Below are positions 11,222 through 23,831 of a stretch of DNA of 64,000 nt, in pieces. The stretch comes from Thalia democratica. Taxonomy: Eukaryota. The stretch covers positions 56,978,001 through 57,042,000 of the forward strand of contig OZ241828.1 of the NCBI GenBank assembly GCA_965202585.1, in the 5' to 3' direction. Position 1 is the stretch's first letter, and every line of letters starts with the position of its first letter. Below the pieces are notes generated by a model. That model was not told the origin of the DNA. It was given only the letters and a program-made list of their open reading frames with translations, and searched no databases. The translations under genes and the position numbers were made by a program.

Positions 11222-12509
11222 CTAATTCATTTTATTTTTTAAACTATATCAAAGTTAAAAAAAGTTAAAAACTGTTTAAAATAACAAAAAGTTGAAAAAA
11301 ATACTGGCTATAATTTTAATTGTAATAACCAAATGTTAGTAAAGTTTTATACTAAAATACTGAAGAGATTTTTTAGTTGCTCATTTACTAAAACTTATTG
11401 ACAACAGCATATTCTTTATACTGAAATAAAAGCATCATATAAACTTACAGTTGATAATTCAAACTAAGTTTACCAAGCAAGGCGTACAAAAATTTAAAAT
11501 AACTTAAAAATAAAATTGTTTATTAAATGTATTTGTTTTTGTAGAACGTGTTACAATAGACATTTTTAACCTAAATGTTGATTAACTTATAGTAAGTTTT
11601 TCATATAAACTTCACACTATTTCGTATTTGATACTTTAATAATCTAGGTAAAAGAAGTAACCAACTAAACTTTGACAAATTCTTATCAAGTTTTGTTGCA
11701 TGAAAATCTAAAACGGAGAAAATTCCCATAACGAGAAATTGCATGAAGTTTTAATATAGTTTTGATTAAACTAAGTATCTTAGTTGAAAAAAACAGGACT
11801 CTACACACGGATAACTTTCACTACAACAGCTACTAAAGAAAACCAATAAAGTACCTCAAACCAAAAATAAATAACTTTTATAATTTTTGTTACAACGTAG
11901 TTTCAATAACAGTCATCGTATAAAGTTCTCACATATTTTTTGTTAAAACTTAGTTTTTAATTTTGTAAAAACAGGGCTTTCCCCAACTAAAATAGCAATT
12001 ATTGATAAAATTAGTAATTCTAACAACACTTACTTCTCAAAAAGAAAAACTAGTTTTAACTTAAAGATTTAAATTTTCACTTAATTTTTATTCAAACGGA
12101 CATTTAATCGTATTATAACGTTTTGTTACATGCTCGTTTTAGAATCCCACAAAACTCTAACTTAGTTTTTGTTTGAGTTCAAGTTATAATTTATAAAAAA
12201 AAAACTTTACAAATATAGAAGTTCAACAACAGAATTAGTTAACCAAAACTTCAAAATAAACAACATTATACAGATCAAAAAAAATTTATGGATTAATTTT
12301 TTTATCTAAACGGGTATTTTTCCGTCGGACGACTGCACTATTTGAACCTGTCTATGTAAAAACTGTAAAATAACTTTTTTTAAATCTCTTTTTTTATAAA
12401 TTACAAAAATAGACACTAAACAGAGAATTTTCATAACAGCAGCATAGGAAAACCAACAACTTTTCCTCTAAAAAAAAAAACAAAAATAATATTTTGTGTA
12501 TTTTTATTA

Positions 12510-14152
12510 TCAAACGGCTATTTTTTCGTCGGAGGGCTGCACCAGCTCGAAGGTGTCCATGTCCGGGCAGCACTGGTCCCGCATCTCGACCTTGTCCTGC
12601 CCGTGGTACCGCTTGACGTTGGGGCCGCACAGGGCGCACGAGAAGCAGCCGCACACGACGAACATGGCCAGCATGGCCAGCACCATCCAGAACACGTTCT
12701 GCAGCGCCAGGTCTGTGGAGCATGTAAAGGTTATTTTTGTATCACTAAAAATATTGTGTGCAGTTGTAGAGCCAGGTATGATAAATTATGAATGACTGCG
12801 TAACTGGACTTTATTTGAATAATGAAATTTGTCGAATTTAGTAAACTGTCTGTAAAAACTTGCGTATTAGCGTGTTTAACTGGATTTTCCTATGCCAAAA
12901 ATTGTAGAATTTTATAAAGTTCTTTGCTTGTTAAACTCTAATCGTTGCGTTAAAAAGTTATGCGAGTCTGCAGAAATTTGAACAAGTTAAAAAGCGGAAA
13001 ATTGTGTTATTCTTGTATAATAAAATTATTGTATACGAAAATCTTAGTTTATTTTTTTGAAATTAAACTAATTAATCAAAAGAAGGGTGAAGTTAAAGAA
13101 AAGTTATATTGTAAAAGTTTGTTTGTAACCTGTCTGTGAGTAGAAAAGGCAGAAAATAGTGATTTACGTACTTTATTCTGAAATAAAACAATTGTTTTGA
13201 AAATAAAAATAAAAATCGAGAACTTAATAACTTTTTTAGTTAAATTCTTATGTTCTTGCATTAAAAAATTAATCATTCAAAACAGATTTAGGTTATTTAA
13301 ACAGCATTTAAGATTAAAAAATAACAAAACTCGGTGCATATCAAAATAAATATATTCGTTAACTTTTTGACAAAAGCAACTTTTAAAATAGCAGAAATCA
13401 TTTTTAATATATCTTGCTGTAAGTTAACGCGACAATAAATAGTTTTTATAATAAAACATTTTATAAAGTTTAATTAAACTCATCTTTATGAGTCAAAGTT
13501 AACATACTTAAATACGTTTCAGCCTTTATAAATCAAACTTTAAACACCAGCTTTTGTACACACAAAACCAACCAATTGTAACGTTTTTTTTATCCTCGTT
13601 CATCCCAAATATCCAGTCTCCGACCGTCTTCTGGGCACTTTCAAGAAGATCCCCGCCCCCGGGAATATTATTTCCAATTTCTTTAATAGTGTCCGCCCCT
13701 TCACTGATCTTGTCCCCGGTCGTCTTTCCCGTGTCCTTGACCTTGTCCGCTTGCCTGCCCATGATGGTCACGCTTCGCTCCACCGAGCATAGTCGGCTGA
13801 AGTCGCCCTCAAAATCGCAGCTTTGGGCTTCGAGAAGGCCCGCCGAAGCGTTGTAAAAAATTCCCGCGCATTTCTCGATTGTTTCCAGCAAATTTCGGTT
13901 GAAAGTTCTGTTTATTCTTTTCAAATTAAGCCGTGTTGCGTTGTTCCAGAGGTAGCTGTTCTCGCTCAGGGTGATTTTCCCGATTTTAAGAAGCTTTTCA
14001 CCGAAGCTGCTGCAGCTGTCGAGTTGGTTTTTCAGGTGCGATGTGAAGTTGGTCGAGGTGATAACTTGCGAGCTCACCGGATTGCAGTCGGCATTTTCAG
14101 CGACATTGTGAAACACTTTATTGTTTAGCAAAACTGTGCATTTTTCTTCCAT
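12510..14152 (-). CDS. Uncharacterised single-pass membrane glycoprotein-like protein, 2 exons (14152-13573, 12712-12510), 260 aa if the ATG at 14152 is the start
   Basis: Two GC-rich islands join in phase 1 (ATT G|GTTGGT ... CTCCACAG|AC = Asp) into a 783-nt frame. N-terminal part has several N-x-S/T sequons and Cys; then a hydrophobic segment VFWMVLAMLAMFVVCGCFSCALC and a short tail. No family recognised; 5' end uncertain. Confidence 0.7.
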
Positions 14153-17100
14153 TTACTCTAATGTGGGTTCGGTGCTTTCTTTGGAGTGTTTTTTTGATAG
14201 AGCAGTTTAGCTTAAAGATCTTTAAGATTTAAATAGTTAGTAAAATCGTGATCGTTATAAAAACTTAATTTTTTTATAAATGATATAATACGTAGAGGTT
14301 TTTGTTTTACATAAAAAAATTATAATTCAAACAACATTTTTGCATAAATTTAGCTGTTGCGTTTTTTATAAGCTGTAAAATTATAAAAGTTTTGAGCTTT
14401 AAAATACGTAACAATTAGGCTCAACACTCGCAGTTTTTAATTTGAATTAAACTTTTACCTGATTTTTATTATTGCAAACTGTTTTGGTTTTCAAAACGGA
14501 CTTTCTGATTTTTATTAAAGTACGCAATCACATTTAAAGAATAATTTTATTAATTGAATGTTTTTATGTTATTTCATAATTTCTTTTTTTACATAAATAC
14601 TTGGTTTTTAAAGTTTTATTTCATTTTAGAGTTGGTGACTAACAAATACAAACTTTCGTATAGACCATTTCTAAAGTATAGATTTTTTTTTCATAAAAGT
14701 TAGTGTTTGCACTATTAGTTTAACAATCTTTTGATAAAAACCTAGTATTTTCTTAATTAAGACTTTATAAACCAATTTAATATAACCAATGTAAACCAAT
14801 GTAATTTTTTTTTAATTTGAGTATCAATAGTTATCAAAACTTACCACATTTAAGTAACAATAATGTTTTGAAGTATTAGAAAATAGTTTGAGTTTATTTA
14901 AATTTAAGCCTAATTAGCGTATCAAAGCAAGTTTTTTAAGAATATCAATAACAAATATAAAAAGTAACGAGTTTTAATTGGTACATGAGTAATTATTTTT
15001 AAAGTTAAGATAAATTTTACAACAGTCTTTACGAATCCAGGTTACTTATAATCAAAGTTTTACAAATTAAGTTATTATAAGTAAGTTTAATGTAGCAATA
15101 TTTTTTATTCTTTATATCTTAAAGTGATTTTTTTTTATTTTCTTTATGCCAATAGCGTTTCCATCTGCTGAAAAACAACTTTATCGTATGTAAACTTTTA
15201 AATTAGCTTTTTCTAAAAAGTTTGGAGATATAAGAAACTAATCACCCATTAAATAGTTGACAAGCGAAGATATATAAACTTACTACGTACAAGTGATTGT
15301 TATCAAACTGATAAACTACTGTAATCACAGATTTAATAATGTTTAAAAACGAAAAATAGTCTTTTTTATAGTGTTTTCTTATACGCTTAATTTCAAACAC
15401 ACTAAAAATCGCATAAAAACGTATACACTAAACGGTTTTAAAGCTAATAACTTTATAAAGACTTAGAGTTGTTTATTTTTAGTTAATCTAAGATGTTTTA
15501 ACAAATACAAATTTAAATTTTGTGAATTTAAGTTAATATTAGCGTTACAAAGAATATATATATATATTAATTGCTTAATATTTCTTTATGTTGAAGTTGC
15601 GAAGTATTACCAATAGTGCTTGTTATAAAGTATGAATTTAAATATAATTAAAACTTTAACCATGCAAATCAAATCTTAATATTTTTTACTATTATACTCA
15701 GCAATAAATATTTTACTACATATTTTTTTCAACTTGTTATAGCTGAAATAAATCACAAACTCATCGATTTTCGCTGAAAGTTTAACTTAAAACAAACAAG
15801 AAAACGACCAGCGTATTAGAAATTAAATTGGCTGCTTTCAACAACAAATATAAAATTTCGGTATAGTTCAATAAAACAATATGTAGCCCCAGTTTGAGTT
15901 CTGAGAAATCAGAAAATCCAAGTATTATTAGGTCGCGTGAATGTGCGATATTGCATAAATGCACAAATAGTGAAACAATAGTTTGAAAAAACTACTAACT
16001 TTTACAGAGTAAAATAATCGTTGTTGAGTACTTTTTAAGAGAGGTGCTATTCAAAAAGTTAAGAAGCAAATGATGAAACAGCAAATTCGATTTTGTTTTC
16101 AAACCTACAATTTCATCATGAATTTTAAGCTTTAAAAGATCAGTAATACCTTATTAATTGCAGCAGAATTAAAGCTGTTCTTATCTAGTGACAAGCTCAA
16201 GCTGTCGTAAAAACTGTTTTTAACAAGTTGAAGTCCTAAATTAATATAAATTTACGATAAGATATATTCTTTAAAAGTTATAAAAACAGTGCACAATAAT
16301 TACCAGCAAGCTCTTGTAAATACACAGTTTCAACTTTATAACGACAAACTCTTAGCATACATGAGGGCTGTTACTGACTGATGTGCAGTGTATAATAAAT
16401 GTTTTTTTTAGACGCTGATATTTTTTTATTTCAACATCTTGTTTCGGCTCATTCTAATTACATGTTTTGAACCACATCCGTTTGTTATGAAATCTTTAAA
16501 AAATAATAGAGAAATATACTTTAAGCTTCATACGTAATTGAATAATAAATCTACAAAACTTATATGCAAATTATGTATTGCTGATATAAAAATAACATTC
16601 GAATTAAAAAAGTAAGCTACTTCGTTTATTTAACTTTCTTAGAAGCATTAAGCTATAAATGAAGAATCTTTTTTAATGTAGTGTTTTTATAGTTTTTATT
16701 TATAAACTTCATTACTGCTTAAATTTGAAAATTTTAGGCCATTTGACATCTGTATTTAAAAAAACAAAAATTTGTTGTCTTGAAGGAATTGATTTTTTAA
16801 TTAAAGTATGTTGTTGTTCAATGCTTAACAAACTCTACTAAATGGAACAAAAGACAAAATCAGTTTTACATAAGCTTTTGTTAATTAAACAAAAAATACA
16901 AAACTTTTATAGTACAAGGTTAATTGACCATATTATATTTAATATTATTTTGTTTTATGCGAATATCTTAACAACGTTTAATTACACTTTAATTTTTTTG
17001 TTTAATACATGTAAGCTTATTTTAATTTGAGTTTGTCTTTTAGTTCCATTACAAAAAAAAATTCGAGCTCTAAAGATACATTGAATGTTTGTTAAACCTA

Positions 17101-20100
17101 ACTATGTTTAGAAATAGAGTTAGATTTTATAAATTTTTAAACTTGATCTTTTGTGCTGTTTTGCGTTTTTTTACTAAGCAAAAAAATGCCAAAAGTGAAA
17201 AATTTTATTCTATAAAGTTCAACAATCACAAAAGTTGTTGTTATTAATAGGTTTTACTATTAAAGCGCTGAAAAAGTTTTTAATATTTGGTTTTCGGCTA
17301 AATAGTATAATTTTTAAGTAAGAAAGTTTTTTGAGTAATGCTTTAAAGTACAACAAAAATTAAAACTACAGAAAATAATCGCTGTTGAAAAATTATTATT
17401 AAGTTTATATAAAGTTGAAAAAAAACCTAAACACTTCAAAAAAAGAAATAAGAAGCTTAAAATATATAGGTTATGATAAAGTTACTATTGTAACATCTTG
17501 AAAGCATGTGCGATAAACGATTAAATGATCAAAACAACTGCAATAAAAGGTTTTATCTAAAAACATTTAATTTAACAATCTTAAAACTTGTAAAAACGAA
17601 AACTTAAGTTAGAAAACAATTAAAAAATAAAAGTTCAAACAATTATTTTAGTCGTAGTAAAAGTTGAACTTTATCTTTAATAAGCCAAAACAAATAAACA
17701 ACAAGCTTTCTGAAGAATATTCTGCTTTAACAAGTGTATATGAAGTTCATTTTATTCATTTTATTTCGTACAATTAAAAAGAAACTATTTTTAATGGTAA
17801 AATGAGTGGCTACAAAAGATTTAGTAGAAAATTGATTGTTATATTTATATTAAATGACAATTTTATTAAAGTTTCATAAACCTTTTAAGTTTACACTTGG
17901 AACAACATTAATTTTATTGTTTAACTTATTTTTTATGATTTAATGCCAACAAGTACTTAAAATAGGTCAAAACAGTTCGTTTTAACTTGTTTTAATCAAT
18001 AAAATTTAAACTACAAGGCTTTTGTAATTCAACAGATGTTAAACTTTGTCTGTTGGCATCTTAGCTTCATGTGTTTCTAGATAAGAAGTATTATATACTA
18101 CATTATCTAATTGAATAACATTTCTTACCTAGACACAGCGAAGCACTCTTAACTTGAAAACATTTTCAAATAAAACAAAAGTAATGGTAAAAAACTTGTT
18201 TGTTCATTAAAGAAATAGAAACGAAAATGTATTACAACTTTTTGCCTGTTTAAATCTGTAAAGCTTTTTTTTTGTCTCGATAGTTAAGACTCATTAATCC
18301 TTGATACAATAAAGTCAAATCAATTTTGTTTATGAAAAAAAATCATACTTATATAACATTTCGATGTTTGAATAAAACAAGGTGTTCAAAAAATGTTTAT
18401 TTAAACTACTAAAACTTTATAAGAAATGAAAAAAAAATAATTCGTTCATAAGTTTTCAAAAAATGAATTTTTATATCTTAATTTTATTATTTTCTTTAAC
18501 GCTTCCAAATGTTAATTAAATGTTTTTATTTTACTTTTAGGTCAAAAAAATCTGTTTATTAACAGCAGATATGTCGTTTTTATTAAAAATCTTCTTAAAA
18601 AATTTTCTTAAAGCTTTAAGTAAGGACGGGTAAATAGCATAAAAATATATGCTAAAATAACAACTAGAATGGCTTATGTGTGATAATATAGCTTTTTATG
18701 ACTTACTTTTATCTCAAAACTTGTATTTCATATTACACTGTAGCACTTTATTGCCTTAAAACATCCTACATAGTGCCAATAAAAACAATTTTTAACGAAT
18801 ATGTTAGCTAAAACATCGTGCAAAAATTGCTTTTAGTAGTTTTAAAAATGTCAGATCATTTAAATTTAATCAAACTTACGAAACAATAACTAAAAGATTC
18901 GTATATCTTGTGATGTTGTTTTTTTTTCCAGTTAAACTGATTCAATTAATTCTGCAGACGACTTTAATGATTAATAGCAAAGATGATTCACTAATGCAAC
19001 AAATACAAAGCAAAAATTGTTTATACTTTCACCTAGATACGATCTACGTATGTTGCTAAATTCAAATTGGTTTAGAAAAATGAACTTGTTCAGCTTTTTA
19101 AGCTGTTCTTATATTTATTAACTATTTTTAAAATTTTGTTATGATGTGCTTATTTTCTGTAGTTCTCTAGTTCTCTCCATTTATTTTAATTTACGTTAAT
19201 TTGAAAAAGGTTCTTTTGAAAAATGCCTATAAGTAAAGCTACTTTTACAAAAACATTGACAAATGAATATCTTACATAAAAATTTAGTTTTTTTAAACTT
19301 TGTAACATTTTTTTCTAAACTAAAAAGTTATTGATGTGAAAGCTTTGTAAAAGTTCTTTAGCCTTAAATTTACTGGTAAAATTATGTACAAACACTTCAA
19401 CATTAACATCTGTATTTCAGTCCTATGATAATTTTATTAGCAAGTTTTATTTACTTTGTTAATGAGAGTTTAAAGTAGTATGCATTGTATGTATATGTAA
19501 AGCATCAATGATTTTTCATATAAGAAACTAATAGTATATTTAAATACTAGAATTTATTTTGTTCAAATATACTTGTTAAGCAATTTAATTTTTTATATTT
19601 GTGAACTTAAACACATAACACAAGTTGTTAATTATCACGCAAATTCATTTATTATAGACTTATAAAATATTTGTACAAAAAAATTAACTAGATTTAAGAA
19701 AAACATTTAAAACAACCGTCTGTTTTTATGAGAAAATATCTTTAGTATACACATTTACTCATTAAGAAGTATCTTAAAAAAAGTTCACACTTGACAAAAT
19801 CAAAAGTAGATATATTTTAAATGGTTATATATAAACAACATCACATTTTCCCACGACAGTAAAAGTTTTTTTTAACGTTTTTTACTTAATACATATTTTA
19901 CGATTTTTATTAATTTATCATACTGTTTTGTTTGCTAAAGTAGCGGTAAAATAAATTTTTTAATATTATTTTAGTTTATTTTCAATGTTTTAATTAAGAC
20001 GAGTTTTGTTTCAGATAATAAATTAAAAGTTAAATATAGCTCTACAATAATTAGTTTTTTGATTCTTAGTTGAATTATTTTTTTAAAGTCTGTTTTTTAT

Positions 20101-20517
20101 ATAAAAAGAACTTAAGAAAATTTAAGTCTCATTTATTTTGTGATTTGTTTGTTGTATTTTTATTGTACCTTGTATACTTATTTTTTCAACCTTTGTTATA
20201 TAGTTTATTTTATTACGTTTTAGTTGTTTAAAATTTTAGAGTAATTTTGTATCGAAAAATATTTTCAAATCTTGTGATCGAACAAAAAGCAACGTATACA
20301 GATATAAACAATCTTTTATTACAAATCATATTTAAGAAAGTATTTTTGAGTTAATTGAAAAATTTATATGGAAATTTGTGTATTGAATTTATGTGAAATA
20401 ACACTTAATTAAAATAAATTCACACAATTATGTGCGTAATACAAGAAGGAAGTGTAGTAATATATTTTTTTCATTTAAAGATTAGAAAACTTTTCTTCCT
20501 AATATCAAACAACAAAG

Positions 20518-20670
20518 AAAAAGTGTGAAAAAGTTCTCATTTCTATAAGCTTGAAAAATGATTACTTGCATCAGACTTTTCAGTGAATGTTTTAAAGACA
20601 AAAAAAGTTGTGAAAAAGTTCTTGTTTCACTGAGCTTAAAAAATGAATTATTGCATCAGATTTTTTAGTG
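20518..20670. repeat. Two-copy degenerate tandem duplication, period about 85 bp
   Basis: GTGAAAAAGTTCT...GAGCTT/AAGCTT...AAAAATGA...TTGCATCAGA occurs at 20525 and 20610. Confidence 0.7.
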
Positions 20671-23119
20671 TTTTTTTTTTACTTTTTGTCGAACAAACAG
20701 AAAATGTTTATGTATAAATACTTAAGCTTCAGTATTTTATAGTTAGTGTTTAAATTTTCAATTCAAATATTATTACTGAATAAATTAGTTATTTACTGTA
20801 GCTATTTTTTTATCATGGTTTTTTATTGTTTATCAGAGTACTGTTTTAAACAACATTATACTATGTTAAATTTTGCACAGATGTTCTTAATCAAGTTTAA
20901 GCAGATTTGTTGTACTTAATTACCCTTTTTTAATTTGTGTAGAAAAAGCTTGTTTAAATTATTCTTTAGTATGTTAATGTGGTTTTATAATACAACCAAT
21001 GAAAATTGCTAACTAGAAGGAGTTGAACTTACTTTTTTAATAAAGTATTTATCTTTTTAAATTAAAGTAACGAAGTATTTTTTTAAGTAAAAGTAGTAAT
21101 TTGTTTTCAGAGACCAACTTATTTTATTATTATGGTAGTTTAAGTTTTTGTTTGTATAAATTTGTTTTAAATTTAAACTGTTCAATAAATATAATTCATG
21201 ACAAAACTGTTTTTTTCAATATATTCTCACTGTAAAATTAAGGTAGTTCTAAGGCTGAGAATATTTGATGACGGAAATACAATATCATTTAAATGTAAAC
21301 TAGCTTAAGTGGGTCAAGAACTTAATAGTTGTTTTTTTAATTTTCAAACTTTGTAAGTTTCTTAAGTTTTAAACTACTTAAATTTTTTTAAGTTGATTAT
21401 GTATTTTTTATTTATCATAAAGTGCTAACATTTAGATAAGAAGGTAATCATAAGATGGTGTTAATAGATATTTTGCTACGACCTGCGATCTTCTCAGTTT
21501 AGAAAAATTTCAGTTAAATAATTCAAGGCAAAATAGTCTTGGTGGCAGAGCTTACACTGAGGCAAAAGTTCTTTTGATTCCCATAAAAGGATTGTGGTGA
21601 CGTAGAACGGTGTCAAACTAATTTTTAATGAATAAGTAATGCGAGAGACTTGCCCACTGTGACGCAACGAATCGAATCGCTCACAACAAACAAAATACGC
21701 GGCTGCTATTTTGTATGCAAACTTTGCACCGCTATTTATATCATTCACCTACTATCTGTGCTTGTGTGGTACAGCTTTGAAACAGTTTTTTAGATAAGTG
21801 ACACTTTTTTTAAGTTTATTGTTAAGACTGTAATTACTATGCAAAAATTATTTTCTAGGTGTCTGTCCAATCACCCTTTTAATTTAAACACAAAAGTGGT
21901 TAGTTCAACAACTAACAGTTTGATTTTGTTTTACAATTGTAAAATCTAATTAAAAGTAGTGTGATACAAACTTTAAGCTTTTAAGTATTTAAAGTACTCT
22001 TCTAAGTATTTTTTACCACTTGTTAAAGACTTTGATTATGTGGATTATAAAAGTTACTAAAATAGTTTTAAAATATTAGTGGGTCATGTTTCTCATTATT
22101 TAATTTTAAAAATAAAGAATATTTTACAAGTTTTAAGAGTTATTAGTTAAAAATAAAGTATAGTTTAATCATTTAATCTAATTAAATTCGATTTAGAAAA
22201 ACTATAAAACAACGTGATTTAGTTTACAACATTCAGTTATAGCAACTTAAGCAACACAATGTTTCTAATTTATATGAACTAAGTTGATTAAACAAGTTTT
22301 ACAGCATTTTCTAAAGAACTTATATTCTTTCGAAAAAGCAACAATTTCTTCATACATACTAATATCAATATTCAAAGTCCTGTAAGCATTTTTTATAGAA
22401 AATATTAAAATAGCTTTTGTTTTTAGTGAAGTTTAGTATTTAACTTTTTTTTGTCAGTGCCTAACTGTACTCACTTTTTATAATAGTTCAAGCTAGTCAT
22501 ATTTTATCAACAAGTTTTTCTATCAAGTATCAAATGTATGAGCTTTTGTTTAAGAAATGTAAATATGAAAAATGTGTCGGTTTTATTTAATAAAAAAATT
22601 CAATTTATTTTTGTTTTATTAATCAGTTTTAAACGCAGTTAATAAAGTTTAGATACAACCCTTTTATTTATTTTATTGTTTTCAGCTCCAATTTTTCAAA
22701 TTTGTTACAAAAAAGTAAAAACTATAGCCTTCCAATTTAGTTACAGATTAAAAACATATTTGAATAACTTTAAACTTGATTAAAGTTGGTATGCTTTTGG
22801 TAAGAAAAGTGTTAATGATTACGTATTTTTGTAAAAATAGGTTTACAAAAGGTTAAACCTTCTAAATGTACTTTATACAATTTTTTAATTCAAAAAAAAA
22901 CCATACTACACTATGAGTAACTGATAATAAAAAATTTATGAGAATTTGAAAAAAAGCTTTGTTTAGATAATTCAATTTTACAATTATTAGTTTATTAAAA
23001 TTTTATTTTTTACCAAAAAATAATTTAATTTAGTTTTAGTTTTTTTGTCAACAAAAATCAAATTATTTTAATGATATTTCAATTAGCATGAATGCTTTTT
23101 TTGTAATTAAAAGCTCCTC

Positions 23120-23244
23120 ATATTAGCAATTAGTTTAAATTTCAGTTAAAATGTTAAGCAAGGTGTTAGCTAATGCATTTTAAGTTGTTAAAATCACTTG
23201 AGCTGGCGTAAGGCTTAACTGAAATTTTAACTAATTGCTAATAT
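23120..23244. repeat. Inverted repeat, 30-bp arms (1 mismatch), 65-bp spacer
   Basis: ATATTAGCAATTAGTTTAAATTTCAGTTAA (23120-23149) pairs with TTAACTGAAATTTTAACTAATTGCTAATAT (23215-23244). Confidence 0.8.
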
Positions 23245-23831
23245 TAGTTTCATCAGTTTTAGGCAAGTTCTTAGCTAATGCGTTATTTGTTCAAAACAGT
23301 TAAGCTGTTTTAAGGTTTAAATATTAACAGCTCATTTAAAGTTATGCTATTGGACTAAAAATTTTTGTTAAGTTTTTAACAGTATTAGTAAAAAATGTAT
23401 TAAGAAATTAATTTTAGTTTAAACTAAGCTGATCTTATATCTTTAAAATGTTTATTAAACTTATTAGCAAAATAGTTGATTCTTTTTAGATTTAGTTGGT
23501 ACAAAGGTGTAAATTTTATTTATAACTTTATGTTTCAGAGTTGAGTTATTAAATGCAACTATAAACTTTTCTGTGTGATAACAATGCTTAAATTTATATT
23601 TAAAATGTTAAGATTTAACCTGCTATCTTCCTATAAAAAGAGTGTAGTTTACCTAATGCAGTTAAAACATTTCATTGTAATACTAACTATTATAACTAGT
23701 TTAAAAAGTTACTAAACAGCTTAAAGCAAAGCTATATTTCACTAAACTAATTAAGCAAGTCTTTACAACATAAACAGATTAAAAGTGCTTTTATTTTCTA
23801 ATAGAAAGGTGTATAACATTTTGGTTTTAAA

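Noticed and set aside
14200-21400. Short ORFs (60-65 aa) in AT-rich intergenic DNA, and similar ones in introns at 26.7, 44.4, 53.3, 54.7 and 55.3 kb
   Set aside because: Composition matches non-coding background (Leu/Phe/Ile/Lys/Asn-rich), with no motifs and no phase-compatible splice partners.
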